A DNA stretch of 64,000 nt, from assembly GCA_026390585.1 (NCBI GenBank), contig JAPLFP010000173.1, forward strand, positions 269 through 64,268. The letters are read 5' to 3'. This DNA is from Ignavibacteriales bacterium (lineage in GTDB: Bacteria > Bacteroidota > Ignavibacteria > UBA10030). Positions 49,325 through 59,515 of the stretch are shown here, piece after piece. The notes beneath the pieces are model-generated. The model made no database searches. It saw only the letters and a program-made list of their open reading frames with translations, and was not told where the DNA came from. The position numbers and the translations under genes were made by a program. Position 1 is the stretch's first letter, and each line of letters opens with the position of its first letter.

Positions 49325-50497
49325 ATGGCAAAACGGGATTATTACGAAATACTTGGAGTTTCACGCACTGCATCCCCGGATGAGATCAAGAAAGCGTATC
49401 GGCAGATGGCGATGAAGTTCCATCCTGATCGCAACCCCGGGAACAAGGAAGCCGAAGAGATGTTCAAAGAGGCCGCTGAAGCATACGAGGTTCTCGGCGA
49501 CCAGGACAAACGTCGACGCTATGACCAGTTCGGCCATGAAGGCATGCGAGGCACGAACTACCATGAATTCCACGATGTCAATGACATCTTCTCGACCTTC
49601 AGTGACATCTTCGGAGGCGGGCTTGGAGGCGGAATATTCGACGAGGTGTTCGGAGGCGCTTCCCGCGGTCGGAGGTCGGGACGATCACATCACGGGACTC
49701 CCGGGGCAGACCTGAAAGCGAAGCTCCCTCTGACGCTTGAAGAAATCTCCACCGGCGTCGACAAGAAGCTGAAGATCAAGAAACAGAAGAAATGTGATGT
49801 GTGCAGCGGTTCCGGTGCCAAACCGGGGACTGGCTCTTCAAGCTGCCCCCAGTGCGAAGGAACCGGTGAGCTGCGACAGGTCTCTCGCTCGATGTTCGGG
49901 CAGTTTGTGAACATCACGACATGTCCCACATGCGGCGGAGAGGGCCGCATCGTCCGCGAACCTTGCACGAATTGCCACGGTGAGGGTCGCCTTTCCGGGG
50001 AAACAACGATTAAGGTAAGCGTACCCGCCGGTGTTTCCGAAGGCAACTACATTCCTCTCCAAGGCCAGGGAAACGCCGGGCAGCGCGGTGGTCCTCAGGG
50101 AGATCTGATTGTCCTCATCGAGGAGCAGCCGAACCAGTACTTCAGTCGTAGCGGTGATGATATCATCTACGACCTCAATATCAGTTTCCCCATGGCCGCC
50201 CTCGGAGGGGAAATCGAGATTCCCACATTAACAGGCAAGGCAAAGCTGACCATTGATGCGGGCACACCGCCGGGGAGGATGCTGCGGATGAGGGAACGCG
50301 GATTGCCGCACCTTAACAGTTATGGACGCGGGGATCAGCTTGTAAGAATCAGCATTTGGGTTCCTGCGAAGCTCAATCCCAAGGAAAAGGAGCTTCTGAA
50401 GCAGCTTGGGGCAGCGGAGCACATCGTTCCGAGCGAGGAAGAACGCCACGGCCATTCGAAAACGTTTTTTGATAAGGTGAAAGACGCTTTTTCGTAG
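49325..50497 (+). CDS. dnaJ: Molecular chaperone DnaJ
   Basis: J domain (DYYEILGV…HPD), G/F region, and four CxxCxGxG zinc motifs. Confidence 0.93.
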   Translation: MAKRDYYEILGVSRTASPDEIKKAYRQMAMKFHPDRNPGNKEAEEMFKEAAEAYEVLGDQDKRRRYDQFGHEGMRGTNYHEFHDVNDIFSTFSDIFGGGLGGGIFDEVFGGASRGRRSGRSHHGTPGADLKAKLPLTLEEISTGVDKKLKIKKQKKCDVCSGSGAKPGTGSSSCPQCEGTGELRQVSRSMFGQFVNITTCPTCGGEGRIVREPCTNCHGEGRLSGETTIKVSVPAGVSEGNYIPLQGQGNAGQRGGPQGDLIVLIEEQPNQYFSRSGDDIIYDLNISFPMAALGGEIEIPTLTGKAKLTIDAGTPPGRMLRMRERGLPHLNSYGRGDQLVRISIWVPAKLNPKEKELLKQLGAAEHIVPSEEERHGHSKTFFDKVKDAFS

Positions 50498-50503
50498 AAA
50501 ACA

Positions 50504-50920
50504 ATGATTCAGCGGCTGATCAACTGGCTTGCGTTGACGCCGACGGAACGAAACGTGATCCTGTTCCTGACGCTCACGTTGGTGATCGGAGCTGCGATTC
50601 GGTTCTATCAGGAAAGGATCTCGCCGGATCGACAGTTTGACTACGCGTCTGTTGATAGCACATTTGCAGTTTTTCAAAAGCGCGTGACCTCCGATTCCCT
50701 CCGCCAGAACGAGGGAGCATCGAACCGGGTCGTCAATATCAACATGGCCACCAAAGCCGAACTGACCAGTCTGCCCGGAATCGGCGACGTCCTCGCGGAT
50801 CGTATCATTCGCCAACGGGAAGAACAGGGTGAATTTGAAACGATCTCGGAACTTCAGAAAGTTAAAGGTATCAGCAAGAAGAAGTTTGAAAAGCTCAAAC
50901 CGCTTATCGCTGTTCAATAG
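50504..50920 (+). CDS. comEA: ComEA family helix-hairpin-helix DNA-binding protein
   Basis: N-terminal TM segment and C-terminal HhH repeats (…INMATKAELTSLPGIGDVLADRII…LQKVKGISKKKFEKL). Confidence 0.8.
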   Translation: MIQRLINWLALTPTERNVILFLTLTLVIGAAIRFYQERISPDRQFDYASVDSTFAVFQKRVTSDSLRQNEGASNRVVNINMATKAELTSLPGIGDVLADRIIRQREEQGEFETISELQKVKGISKKKFEKLKPLIAVQ

Positions 50921-50974
50921 GCTGCGAACGATCCATCTGCTTCTGTCACCGAACGGGAAAGGCACCGCACGACC

Positions 50975-51889
50975 ATGAGATCATCCTATTATGTCGGCAT
51001 TTCCTTCTACAAAGGGCAGATTCAACTCGCGGAAATAGACCACGGAAGAAAAAAAACGGTAACGGCGTTGAACGATCGAAGCTCTGCCGTCGATTTTTCC
51101 CGAGACGCCAAATTCTCTGCTGATCATCCTCAGCTCCATACGTTCATCTATGAGCTGGAAGAGATGTTCAAGGAAAACAAGGTCCATTCCAAGACCGTTT
51201 CGTTCGCTCTCCCGACGGAACCGTTGCTCATGAGCGTCATCCCCCTCGACGCAACGCTCCAGGGAACCGGATTGGCTTCACATCTCCAGTGGGAATTCGA
51301 GCAATACTACCCGAATGTCCCCATCAAGGACTATGTTGTCAGTGCCTATCCTGTTCCTGGACCCAGCAAAGGAGTCAAACAGGCATTTCTGGTGGGTGTG
51401 CAGCGAGGGACGATAGCGTTTCTGAAGCGTGCGGCTGCTGAATTGCGGCTTCAAGTATACTTAATCGACATTGATCATTTCAGCGTAGAAAAAACACTCC
51501 GGCATTGCCATCCCGAGCTCCTGAAGGACGATATCCTCCTCATCGGCGTTCGAGGAAACGGAATTGACGCGAGCATGGTGTCCCAAGGTCAATATGTCGA
51601 CTACCGAGCGTTTACGTTGCAGCATACCGACGATCTAAAGAAGTCGATTGCGGAATACCGGCAGTATCTCGAACAGAAAGATGGCATCGAATCATTCAGC
51701 AAGATCGTTCTCTACGGCTACGAGGTGAGTGCGCAGATGATCAACCAGGTTCAACGGGAAACGGGCATCTCGACGATGGCGCTGGACGCGATGAACAACC
51801 TGACACCATCGAAAAAGATCTACGAAGCCTACGTGCAAGACAGTTCACGCTTTTCTGCGGCTCTCGGATTGGCGTTGCGGACTCAATGA
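50975..51889 (+). CDS. PilM-like (actin-fold) pilus assembly protein, tentative
   Basis: 304 aa with overall PilM/GspL-cytoplasmic-like layout (…VGISFYKGQIQLAEI…, …LIDIDHFS…). No pilN/O/P/Q follow. Confidence 0.4.
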   Translation: MRSSYYVGISFYKGQIQLAEIDHGRKKTVTALNDRSSAVDFSRDAKFSADHPQLHTFIYELEEMFKENKVHSKTVSFALPTEPLLMSVIPLDATLQGTGLASHLQWEFEQYYPNVPIKDYVVSAYPVPGPSKGVKQAFLVGVQRGTIAFLKRAAAELRLQVYLIDIDHFSVEKTLRHCHPELLKDDILLIGVRGNGIDASMVSQGQYVDYRAFTLQHTDDLKKSIAEYRQYLEQKDGIESFSKIVLYGYEVSAQMINQVQRETGISTMALDAMNNLTPSKKIYEAYVQDSSRFSAALGLALRTQ

Positions 51890-52473
51890 GAATCATTGCT
51901 GGACAGCACCGCGGGCGAAACCTGGTTACTGTCCGCGATCATTCGGTACGACCAACAACTGACCGAGCGAAACAAACGATTTTCGACATCCTTTCCAATC
52001 GACTGGACTTCGATGGAATAGAAGTCCTCGATCTCTTCGCGGGCAGTGGAAGTCTTGGGCTTGAGGCCATCAGCCGCGGCGCACGGCAGGTGACCTTCGT
52101 CGACAAATCTCCGCAATCGCTGCAGGTACTTGGGGCAAATGTCACGGCCCTCGGATGCACCGAGCAGTGTACATCGTACGCTGCTGACGTTTTCTGGTAT
52201 CTCAAGAACGCACGCCACTCGTTCGAGTTGGTGTTCGTCGATCCTCCTTATCGTCTGGAGCGGATCGCTGATTTGCCTGCAGAGTTGTATGCGTCGGGAG
52301 CTCTGAGAGAGGGGACGTTCGTTGTCATGGAACATAGCAGGAAGAGTCCGGTCGAACCTTCCGAGTCCATGTTTGAGATCACCCGCAAACTCTTCGGACA
52401 GACCACCGTTCTCATCCTGAAAACTAAATCGAAAGAATCGGCGCAGACACAGCTACAAAAGCCTCAAGGATAA
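51886..52473 (+). CDS. rsmD: 16S rRNA (guanine966-N2)-methyltransferase
   Basis: MRIIAGQHRGR, DLFAGSGSLGLEA, and DPPY motifs. The ATG overlaps the upstream stop. Confidence 0.88.
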   Translation: MRIIAGQHRGRNLVTVRDHSVRPTTDRAKQTIFDILSNRLDFDGIEVLDLFAGSGSLGLEAISRGARQVTFVDKSPQSLQVLGANVTALGCTEQCTSYAADVFWYLKNARHSFELVFVDPPYRLERIADLPAELYASGALREGTFVVMEHSRKSPVEPSESMFEITRKLFGQTTVLILKTKSKESAQTQLQKPQG

Positions 52474-52476
52474 GAC

Positions 52477-52959
52477 ATGAGAACCGCCATTTATCCAGGG
52501 ACCTTTGACCCTATAACAAACGGTCATATTGACATCATCCAACGGGCGCTGAAACTCTTTGACAAGGTTATCATTACCGTCGCCCGGAACTCTGTGAAAG
52601 ATCCATTGTTTTCAGAAGAGGAGCGCCTTGCCATGATCAAGGAGGCGGTACGCCACCTCAAGGGGGTTGAAGTAGACAGCTTTGATGGACTGCTCGTGAG
52701 TTATGCCCGCAGGAAGAAGGCGACCGCTTTCGTCCGGGGCCTCCGGGCCATATCAGATTTTGAGTATGAGCTTCAGATGGCGCTGATGAACCGCAAACTG
52801 AACGAAGATTTGGTGACGGTCTTTTTGATGCCGAACGAGAAATATACGTATCTGAATTCCAGCATTGTCAGGGAAATCGCTCGACACCGTGGAAACGTCA
52901 GCAAGTTCGTTCCGCCACATGTCTTGCGTGAGTTAAAGAAGAAGTTCGCTCACATGTAA
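52477..52959 (+). CDS. coaD: Pantetheine-phosphate adenylyltransferase
   Basis: YPGTFDPITNGHIDII and ISDFEYE motifs. 160 aa. Confidence 0.92.
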   Translation: MRTAIYPGTFDPITNGHIDIIQRALKLFDKVIITVARNSVKDPLFSEEERLAMIKEAVRHLKGVEVDSFDGLLVSYARRKKATAFVRGLRAISDFEYELQMALMNRKLNEDLVTVFLMPNEKYTYLNSSIVREIARHRGNVSKFVPPHVLRELKKKFAHM

Positions 52960-53008
52960 GGAATAATCCAGCGTGAGCGGTAACAACCAGGAGGATTGTA
53001 AAGGACAT

Positions 53009-53344
53009 ATGCCGACGTACGATTACGTATGCAAGGAATGCGGACACACTTTCGAGGAGTTTCAGTCTATGTCTTCGGAGTTCCTCACCGTGTGCCCATC
53101 ATGCGGAAAACCCGCCCTCAAGCGCCAAATGGCAGGCGGGGCAGGGATGATTTTCAAAGGCAGTGGATTTTATTCGACAGACTACAGGAAAACAAATTCA
53201 TCGAGTAGTACCTCGTCGACTTCCGACGCCGGTGCTGCAAAACAAGAGACGAAATCTCCTCTCCCCTCAAAGACGGATTCACCTCCAGCCCCCTCCAAGC
53301 CCGATTCATCTCAATCCGGCTCAAAACCTGATTCATCCAAATAA
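53009..53344 (+). CDS. FmdB family zinc-ribbon protein
   Basis: MPTYDYVCKECGHTFE…CPSCG (CxxC…CxxC), followed by a Ser/Pro-rich low-complexity tail. Confidence 0.8.
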   Translation: MPTYDYVCKECGHTFEEFQSMSSEFLTVCPSCGKPALKRQMAGGAGMIFKGSGFYSTDYRKTNSSSSTSSTSDAGAAKQETKSPLPSKTDSPPAPSKPDSSQSGSKPDSSK

Positions 53345-53485
53345 AAAAAAGGGCTGATCCAAAAGTCAATCTGAGTCCCGCCGCCTCTCAGACGGGCGAA
53401 GAATCTGATCGAAGGGAGCAGATTCTTCAGTCGCTTCGCTCCTTCAGAATGACAACTTGCTCCTTTTTGCATAGCCCCGGAAAGC

Positions 53486-53512
53486 AAAAAAAAGCCCCGC
53501 TCAAGCGGGGCT
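53486..53512 (-). terminator. Rho-independent terminator of pckA
   Basis: On the minus strand the stem is AGCCCCGC-TTGA-GCGGGGCT, followed by T8. It begins 9 nt after the pckA stop. Confidence 0.85.
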
Positions 53513-53520
53513 TCGTCGTT

Positions 53521-55161
53521 CTAGATCTTCGGTCCTGCTTTGGACACTTCCGGCGGACAACCCGATTCGAACTTTTTGAAGTTCTCGATGAACCGGGATG
53601 CCAGCTGTTTGTATTTCTGCATGTAGACTTCTTTGTTCGGCCACGATCCGGAGGGATCCAAGATATTCGCGGGGACTCCCTCACAGGATTTCGGAACGTC
53701 AAATCCGAACACCGGATCCACAACAAACGGTGCCTTGAGAAGTTCGCCCGTCAACGCCGCTTCCAGCAGTCGCCGTGTATAGCCGATGCTTATCCGTTTC
53801 CCGACCCCGTACGCGCCGCCGATCCAGCCCGTGTTGACAAGCCAGCAGTGAGCTCCGTGCTTTAGAATCTTACGCTTCAGAAGGTCAGCGTAGAATGCAG
53901 GATGATGCACCATAAATGGCGCGCCGAAGCACGTGCTAAACGTCATTTCTGGCTCTTTGCCCAATCCGACTTCTGTACCGGCAATTTTCGATGTGTAGCC
54001 GGAGATAAACTGGTACATCGCCTGCTCCGGGGACAGCTTTGCGATCGGAGGCATCACACCCGACGCATCGCAGGTTAACAGGATAATGTTCTTGGGGTGT
54101 CCAGCCATCTTGTCGGGAATTGCGTTGCTGATGTATTCCAAAGGATAGGATGCCCGTGTATTCTCGGTGATCGACTCATCATCCAGGTCAATTCGCCGTG
54201 TCACTGGATCATAGACAACGTTTTCCAGGATGGTCCCAAACATCTTCGTCGTTGCATAGATCTGGGGCTCCGCCGTCGATGAGAGACGGATGACTTTTGC
54301 GTAGCATCCTCCCTCAAAGTTGAATACTCCTTCATCGGACCAACCGTGTTCGTCATCGCCTATCAGACCGCGCTTCGGATCTGCCGACAGCGTAGTCTTC
54401 CCCGTCCCGGAGAGTCCGAAGAAGATCGCCGCGTCTCCGTCCTTTCCAACGTTGGCGGAAGCATGCATCGACATCACTCCGTCCAGCGGAAGAACGTAGT
54501 TGAGAATCGTGAAAACCGACTTCTTAATCTCCCCTGCATATGCTGTATTGCCGATCAAGCACAGCTTCTGGGCAAAATTCAGAGTGATAAAGGTGTTGAG
54601 GTTCGTGCCGTCGATCTGCGGAACGCCTTTGAAGGAAGGGATTGCCATCACCGTAAATTCAGGGATATGGCGACGGCACTCTTCGTTCGTCTTTGGCATG
54701 ATAAACATGTTGCGTGCAAACACTGCGTGCCAGGCATACTCGGTGATGATGCGAATCGGAATCCGATAATTTGGATCTGCTCCAGCATAGCAATCTGTTA
54801 CAAAGAGGTCACGACCCTGGAGGAACCCCTGCATCCGATTGTAGAGATCGTTGAACTTGTCAGCGCTGAACGGGCGGTTGTACTGGCCCCACCAGACTTT
54901 GTCTTCAGTTGTCGGCTCTTTGACGATAAACTTGTCGTTCGCCGAACGTGCTGTGTGCTTCCCCGTGTTCGCCACAATTGCCCCCATCTGCGAGATGCGG
55001 GCTTCCTTTCGGAAAGCAATTTCCTCATAGAGGGATTCCGTCGGGAGATTCCAATACACCATCCTCAAGTTCGTCAGGCCGTGGTTTTCCAACCCGTAGT
55101 CGCTTTTGAGAGCAGAGGCTTCGCTTTGAGCAGGTGTCTTGATGTCTAAGATATTGTTCAT
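53521..55161 (-). CDS. pckA: Phosphoenolpyruvate carboxykinase (ATP)
   Basis: Kinase-1a GLSGTGKTTLS, with …DDEHGW… and …GGAYG…. ATG at 55161 overlaps the upstream stop as ATGA. Confidence 0.92.
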   Translation of the reverse strand: MNNILDIKTPAQSEASALKSDYGLENHGLTNLRMVYWNLPTESLYEEIAFRKEARISQMGAIVANTGKHTARSANDKFIVKEPTTEDKVWWGQYNRPFSADKFNDLYNRMQGFLQGRDLFVTDCYAGADPNYRIPIRIITEYAWHAVFARNMFIMPKTNEECRRHIPEFTVMAIPSFKGVPQIDGTNLNTFITLNFAQKLCLIGNTAYAGEIKKSVFTILNYVLPLDGVMSMHASANVGKDGDAAIFFGLSGTGKTTLSADPKRGLIGDDEHGWSDEGVFNFEGGCYAKVIRLSSTAEPQIYATTKMFGTILENVVYDPVTRRIDLDDESITENTRASYPLEYISNAIPDKMAGHPKNIILLTCDASGVMPPIAKLSPEQAMYQFISGYTSKIAGTEVGLGKEPEMTFSTCFGAPFMVHHPAFYADLLKRKILKHGAHCWLVNTGWIGGAYGVGKRISIGYTRRLLEAALTGELLKAPFVVDPVFGFDVPKSCEGVPANILDPSGSWPNKEVYMQKYKQLASRFIENFKKFESGCPPEVSKAGPKI

Positions 55162-56375
55162 AGCCAATCCCTCACGAGTTTACGGTCGCCGATATAGATT
55201 TCATTCGGTGAGTTTGGATCGAGAGCCCATTTGATTCGGGCAACCCCTTCGGTAACATCCTTGATCGATCCCGCATAGCTCAACCTGAGGAACCCTTCCA
55301 TCCCGAATTCCTTGCCGGGGACAGTGACAACGAGAGCCTTCTTGAGCAACATCTGAGAGAGCTTCACCGAGTCATTGGTGTAGGCCCGGAAATCGGGAAG
55401 ACAGTAATAGGTGCCATCAGGTTTTGTTATCTTGACACCGGAGAACGATTGGAGTTCCTGCATCATGACATTTCTGTTGTTCTCGAGCGTCAATCGGAGC
55501 ATCTCGATGTGACTTTGAAGACCCGTTAATGCGCCTTCGGCAGCTGCCTGAAGCAGGACGGAAGCCGTGGTCGTGATCTGACCCTGAACGTTCGTCATAA
55601 TGCTGACGAGATTCCGGTTTGCAATAGCCCATCCGATCCGGAACCCTGTCATCCCATAGAGCTTGGAGATCCCGTTCACGACAAGGACATGGGTCGACTC
55701 GATGTCTTTCGGCGAATACTTGTAGCTCGAGGGCCATTTCTTGCCATCAAACACCAACTTGTGGTAGATGTCATCCATGATCACATAGATGCCCTTTTTC
55801 TCACAATACTCCACGAGCTTCGCGAGGAATTCCTCCGGATACATGACCCCCGAAGGGTTATTCGGACTGTTGACGATGATCGCTCTTGTGTAGGAGCTAA
55901 CGGCCCTCAAGACGTCTTCCATCCTCGGGTAGAAACCGCCGTCTTCCGGCTTGACAATCACAGGCACTCCATACACCATCCTGACCATCTCGGGATAACT
56001 CACCCAGTATGGCGCGAGGATGATCACTTCATCCTGCGGATTCAGAATGGAATACAGGATGTTGTAAACAGATTGCTTGGCACCTGCAGACACGATGATG
56101 TTCTCAGGCGCCACAACCCTGTCGTAGTTCTCCTCGGTATACTTGACGATAGCTTTTTTGAGCGACGGGGTACCATCTGCCGGCGTGTATTTGACATCAC
56201 CTGAATTGAGTTTCGCTGCGGAACTCAGGATGGCCGAGATCGGAGCTTTGTTCTTTGGCTCACCTGCGCCGAGATGAATCACCGCCTCGCCCTTCTCCCG
56301 TAGAAGCCTAGCTTCTTCATTCAGCTTCAGCGTCGGAGACTCAGCGATCGACTTTGCTAACTGGCTTACCGTCAT
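55158..56375 (-). CDS. Class I/II pyridoxal-phosphate aminotransferase (aspartate/aromatic type)
   Basis: …IHLGAGEP…, …NSPNNPSG…, and the PLP-lysine context SKLYGMTGFRIGW. Confidence 0.8.
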   Translation of the reverse strand: MTVSQLAKSIAESPTLKLNEEARLLREKGEAVIHLGAGEPKNKAPISAILSSAAKLNSGDVKYTPADGTPSLKKAIVKYTEENYDRVVAPENIIVSAGAKQSVYNILYSILNPQDEVIILAPYWVSYPEMVRMVYGVPVIVKPEDGGFYPRMEDVLRAVSSYTRAIIVNSPNNPSGVMYPEEFLAKLVEYCEKKGIYVIMDDIYHKLVFDGKKWPSSYKYSPKDIESTHVLVVNGISKLYGMTGFRIGWAIANRNLVSIMTNVQGQITTTASVLLQAAAEGALTGLQSHIEMLRLTLENNRNVMMQELQSFSGVKITKPDGTYYCLPDFRAYTNDSVKLSQMLLKKALVVTVPGKEFGMEGFLRLSYAGSIKDVTEGVARIKWALDPNSPNEIYIGDRKLVRDWL

Positions 56376-56546
56376 AAATGAACCAACCTCCTTTTGCTGT
56401 TCATGACTCTCTGTATGATGCCAGAGACGGTCAAGTTTTATGCCACAGAAATAGTCAAAATGCTGCGGTTCCCAAATACCTGATGGCCTCTTTTGCTACG
56501 CATGAAAGGTTGCTTTCCAATAGTTGGAAAAGTCCTTCCGTGGCAC

Positions 56547-57668
56547 TCAGTCTCCGATTTCAAAACCTGCCAGGTTGAGAACGGCCGCTGCGCGTGTCGA
56601 CATCTCCTTCGATTCGAACGCCAGACGAAACGTTCCGCCACGCCCCTCGCGAACTTTCATCAACTCTATGTCTTTGATGTTGACCTTAGCCCTCGCCAGC
56701 GACGAGGTCATCCGCGCGATCATTCCCGGCTGATCTTTCACAAAAACATACAGCTCGTCGAGCTGATGAATAAAGCCCTTCATCGTTTTCGGAATATTGC
56801 TCCGAATCCGACGCGCAGAGTTGAATTCTTTACCGAGGGAGAATTCCTTTCTGCGTGAAAGAAGCTTTCGATAGAGCGTCAGCTCCCGGATCATCAGTTT
56901 CAGTGATTTGTCGATCTCAACCCGATTCTGAGTCAGAATGTCTGTCCAGATTTCAGGTTTGCTTGAAGCAATACGAGTGAGGTCTCGAAATCCTCCTGCC
57001 GCAAGGCGAAGATGGCGACGACCCGATGGATGCCGACCGCCAGCTACGTTAGTCAAAGCCACGGCTGTTAACTGCGGCAGATGACTGACGACGGAAGCGA
57101 CTTCATCATGCGTCCTGGGATCGAGAAGCACCACGCGAGCCCCAAGCTCTTCGAGAAAGGACGCCAGGCGTTTGACAGCGGGTGTGGTTTTCCCGTGCAT
57201 GGGGGTGAGAACATAGACAGCGTTTTCATAGAGCAACGGATGAGCCGCTTCGACGCCCGACAACTCCACTCCTGCCATGGGATGGCCACCAACGAAATTC
57301 CCTCGAGGGAAAAGTTGTCGAGCACAACGTACGATGCTTCCCTTGACGCTCCCCACATCCGACACAATTGCATCCGGCGGGGAGTATTTCGCTATGAGCG
57401 GAAGACCTTTGAGAATTTCGGAGACAGGCATCGCGAGGAAGACAACATCGGCTTTTTCAAGAGCCGTGCGAAGACTGGTTGCCGCTCTATCAATCGCTCC
57501 TTTGTTAATCGCCTTCTTCAACACTGCCCGGCGGTCGAATCCCACAACAGTCACTGACCGAAAATGTTTCTTGATCGCCAACCCTAACGACCCACCGATG
57601 ACACCCACGCCGATGATCGTGACCTGCGAAAAAGGAGGAAGTGTGCGGATCGGAGTCTTCATTGACAT
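56547..57668 (-). CDS. tyrA: Prephenate dehydrogenase with a C-terminal ACT domain
   Basis: Rossmann IIGVGVIGGSLGLA, followed by …GGHPMAG…. The C-terminal region of about 80 aa is ACT-like. Confidence 0.8.
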   Translation of the reverse strand: MSMKTPIRTLPPFSQVTIIGVGVIGGSLGLAIKKHFRSVTVVGFDRRAVLKKAINKGAIDRAATSLRTALEKADVVFLAMPVSEILKGLPLIAKYSPPDAIVSDVGSVKGSIVRCARQLFPRGNFVGGHPMAGVELSGVEAAHPLLYENAVYVLTPMHGKTTPAVKRLASFLEELGARVVLLDPRTHDEVASVVSHLPQLTAVALTNVAGGRHPSGRRHLRLAAGGFRDLTRIASSKPEIWTDILTQNRVEIDKSLKLMIRELTLYRKLLSRRKEFSLGKEFNSARRIRSNIPKTMKGFIHQLDELYVFVKDQPGMIARMTSSLARAKVNIKDIELMKVREGRGGTFRLAFESKEMSTRAAAVLNLAGFEIGD

Positions 57669-57677
57669 CTCGGGGCG

Positions 57678-58694
57678 CTAGAGTATCGAGCGGCCAATTG
57701 CCTCCGCGATCATGCGCACTTCTTTCATCATTTGGAGGAACTGGTCCGGAAAGAGCGATTGCGCACCGTCAGACAGTGCGTGATCGGGATCGTGATGGAC
57801 CTCGACTATGATTCCGTCCGCCCCGGCAGCAACACAAGCGCGGGCCATGGGTATGACCTTATCCCGGATTCCGATGCCGTGTGACGGATCTGCGATCACC
57901 GGGAGGTGACTCTTTTTCTGCACGACAGGAATAGCCCCAATGTCAAGAGTATTTCGCGTTGCCGTTTCAAAGGTGCGGATTCCCCGTTCGCAAAGGATCA
58001 CCTGGTGATTCCCTCCGGCAAGGATATACTCAGCGGACATCAACCACTCTTCGATGGTTGCCGCGAGACCCCGTTTGAGGAGAACAGGCTTCGATGCCCG
58101 GCCGAGGTCTTTCAGAAAGGTATAGTTCTGCATGTTCCGCGCACCAATCTGGAGGATATCGGCGTATTTTTCTACGAGATCGATCTGGCTCCTATCCATC
58201 ACCTCCGTCACGACTTTGAGTTTGTATTCATCGGCTGCTGAACGAATCAGTCGAAGCGCCTCTTCCCCCAGTCCCTGGAATGTGTACGGAGACGTCCGCG
58301 GCTTGAATGCGCCTCCCCGCAGTATCCTGGCGCCCGATTCTGCCACAAGCTTCGCGATGGTAAAGATCTGTTTCTCGTTTTCCACGGAACACGGACCGGC
58401 CATGATGACGACCTGAGCTCCGCCGATCTTGACGCCGCCAATATCAAAGACCGAGCCTTCCCGCTTGAACGCACGACTCGCAAGCTTGTACTGCTCGGTA
58501 ATCCGAACGACCTCCGCGACGCCGGGCAAAAGCTGAATTTGACGATGATCAAATTCAGGATGAACGCCGATCGCGCCGAGGACCGTTTGTTGAACACCTG
58601 TTGATCGGTGAACGTCAAATCCGTGCTCGTTCAGGACACGAATGATTTCTTCGATTTGTTTATCGGATGCGCCATGTTCGGTTACGACAATCAT
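57678..58694 (-). CDS. 3-deoxy-7-phosphoheptulonate (DAHP) synthase, type I-beta, with an N-terminal ferredoxin-like regulatory domain
   Basis: N-terminal domain of about 65 aa (MIVVTEHGASDKQIEEI…) followed by a KDO8P/DAHP barrel (…IMAGPCSVE…, …GAFKPRTSPY…, …DPSH…). Confidence 0.85.
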   Translation of the reverse strand: MIVVTEHGASDKQIEEIIRVLNEHGFDVHRSTGVQQTVLGAIGVHPEFDHRQIQLLPGVAEVVRITEQYKLASRAFKREGSVFDIGGVKIGGAQVVIMAGPCSVENEKQIFTIAKLVAESGARILRGGAFKPRTSPYTFQGLGEEALRLIRSAADEYKLKVVTEVMDRSQIDLVEKYADILQIGARNMQNYTFLKDLGRASKPVLLKRGLAATIEEWLMSAEYILAGGNHQVILCERGIRTFETATRNTLDIGAIPVVQKKSHLPVIADPSHGIGIRDKVIPMARACVAAGADGIIVEVHHDPDHALSDGAQSLFPDQFLQMMKEVRMIAEAIGRSIL

Positions 58695-58744
58695 AGGAAT
58701 CAGGAAGTTGTTTCTACATGAGTGATTTCAGCGTTACAGTTGTC

Positions 58745-59515
58745 TCATTGATAACGGTCGAGCTTGAAATTCTCTCCGAGATAAAGTCTGCGGGCCTCCG
58801 GATCATTCGCCAGATACTCCGCGGTCCCGGATTTGAGGATCTTTCCTTCAAACAGAAGGTACGAGTGGTCAGTGATCGAAAGGGTTTCGTGAACATTGTG
58901 ATCTGTCACGAGAACGCCGATATTTTTCTCCTTCAGCTTCATAACGATCTTCATGATGTCTTCGACGGCGATCGGGTCGATTCCGGCAAACGGCTCGTCA
59001 AGCAGCATGAACTTCGGATCCAGCGCAAGGGCCCGGGCAATTTCCGTGCGGCGCCGTTCACCCCCAGACAACACATACCCCTTGCTCTTGCTGAGATGCG
59101 TAAGCCCAAAGTCTTCAAGCAGGCGGTCGCATTTCTCCTCCCGCGCAGCGCGGGGCAGATCACTGATTTCGAGCACCGCGAGCATGTTGTCACGGACGGT
59201 CAGCCGCCGGAACACCGATGCTTCTTGCGGCAAGTATCCGATACCAAGCCGGGCCCTCTGGTACATCGGCATGCTGGTGATCTCATTGTCATCGGCGAAC
59301 ACTCTTCCCCCGTTGGGCCGGACCATTCCGACAATCATATAAAACGTGGTCGTCTTGCCGGCTCCATTAGGACCCAGAAGACCGACGATTTCACCTTGCC
59401 GCACTTGAATCGTCACCTGGTTCACAACGGTTCGGCTCTTGTAGCGCTTGACGAGGCTGTCCGAACGCAAAATGCTCCGACGGTCTGGAACAGGTTCTTC
59501 AATTATAGGATTCAT
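58745..59515 (-). CDS. lptB: LPS export ABC transporter ATP-binding protein
   Basis: Walker A GPNGAGKTTTF, signature LSGGERRR, and Walker B MLLDEPF. Confidence 0.88.
   Translation of the reverse strand: MNPIIEEPVPDRRSILRSDSLVKRYKSRTVVNQVTIQVRQGEIVGLLGPNGAGKTTTFYMIVGMVRPNGGRVFADDNEITSMPMYQRARLGIGYLPQEASVFRRLTVRDNMLAVLEISDLPRAAREEKCDRLLEDFGLTHLSKSKGYVLSGGERRRTEIARALALDPKFMLLDEPFAGIDPIAVEDIMKIVMKLKEKNIGVLVTDHNVHETLSITDHSYLLFEGKILKSGTAEYLANDPEARRLYLGENFKLDRYQ

Noticed and set aside
53221-53344. Repetitive Ser/Pro/Lys-rich coding stretch (SKPDSS-like repeats).
   Set aside because: It is the low-complexity C-terminal tail of the FmdB-type zinc-ribbon protein. It is in frame and not an independent repeat element.
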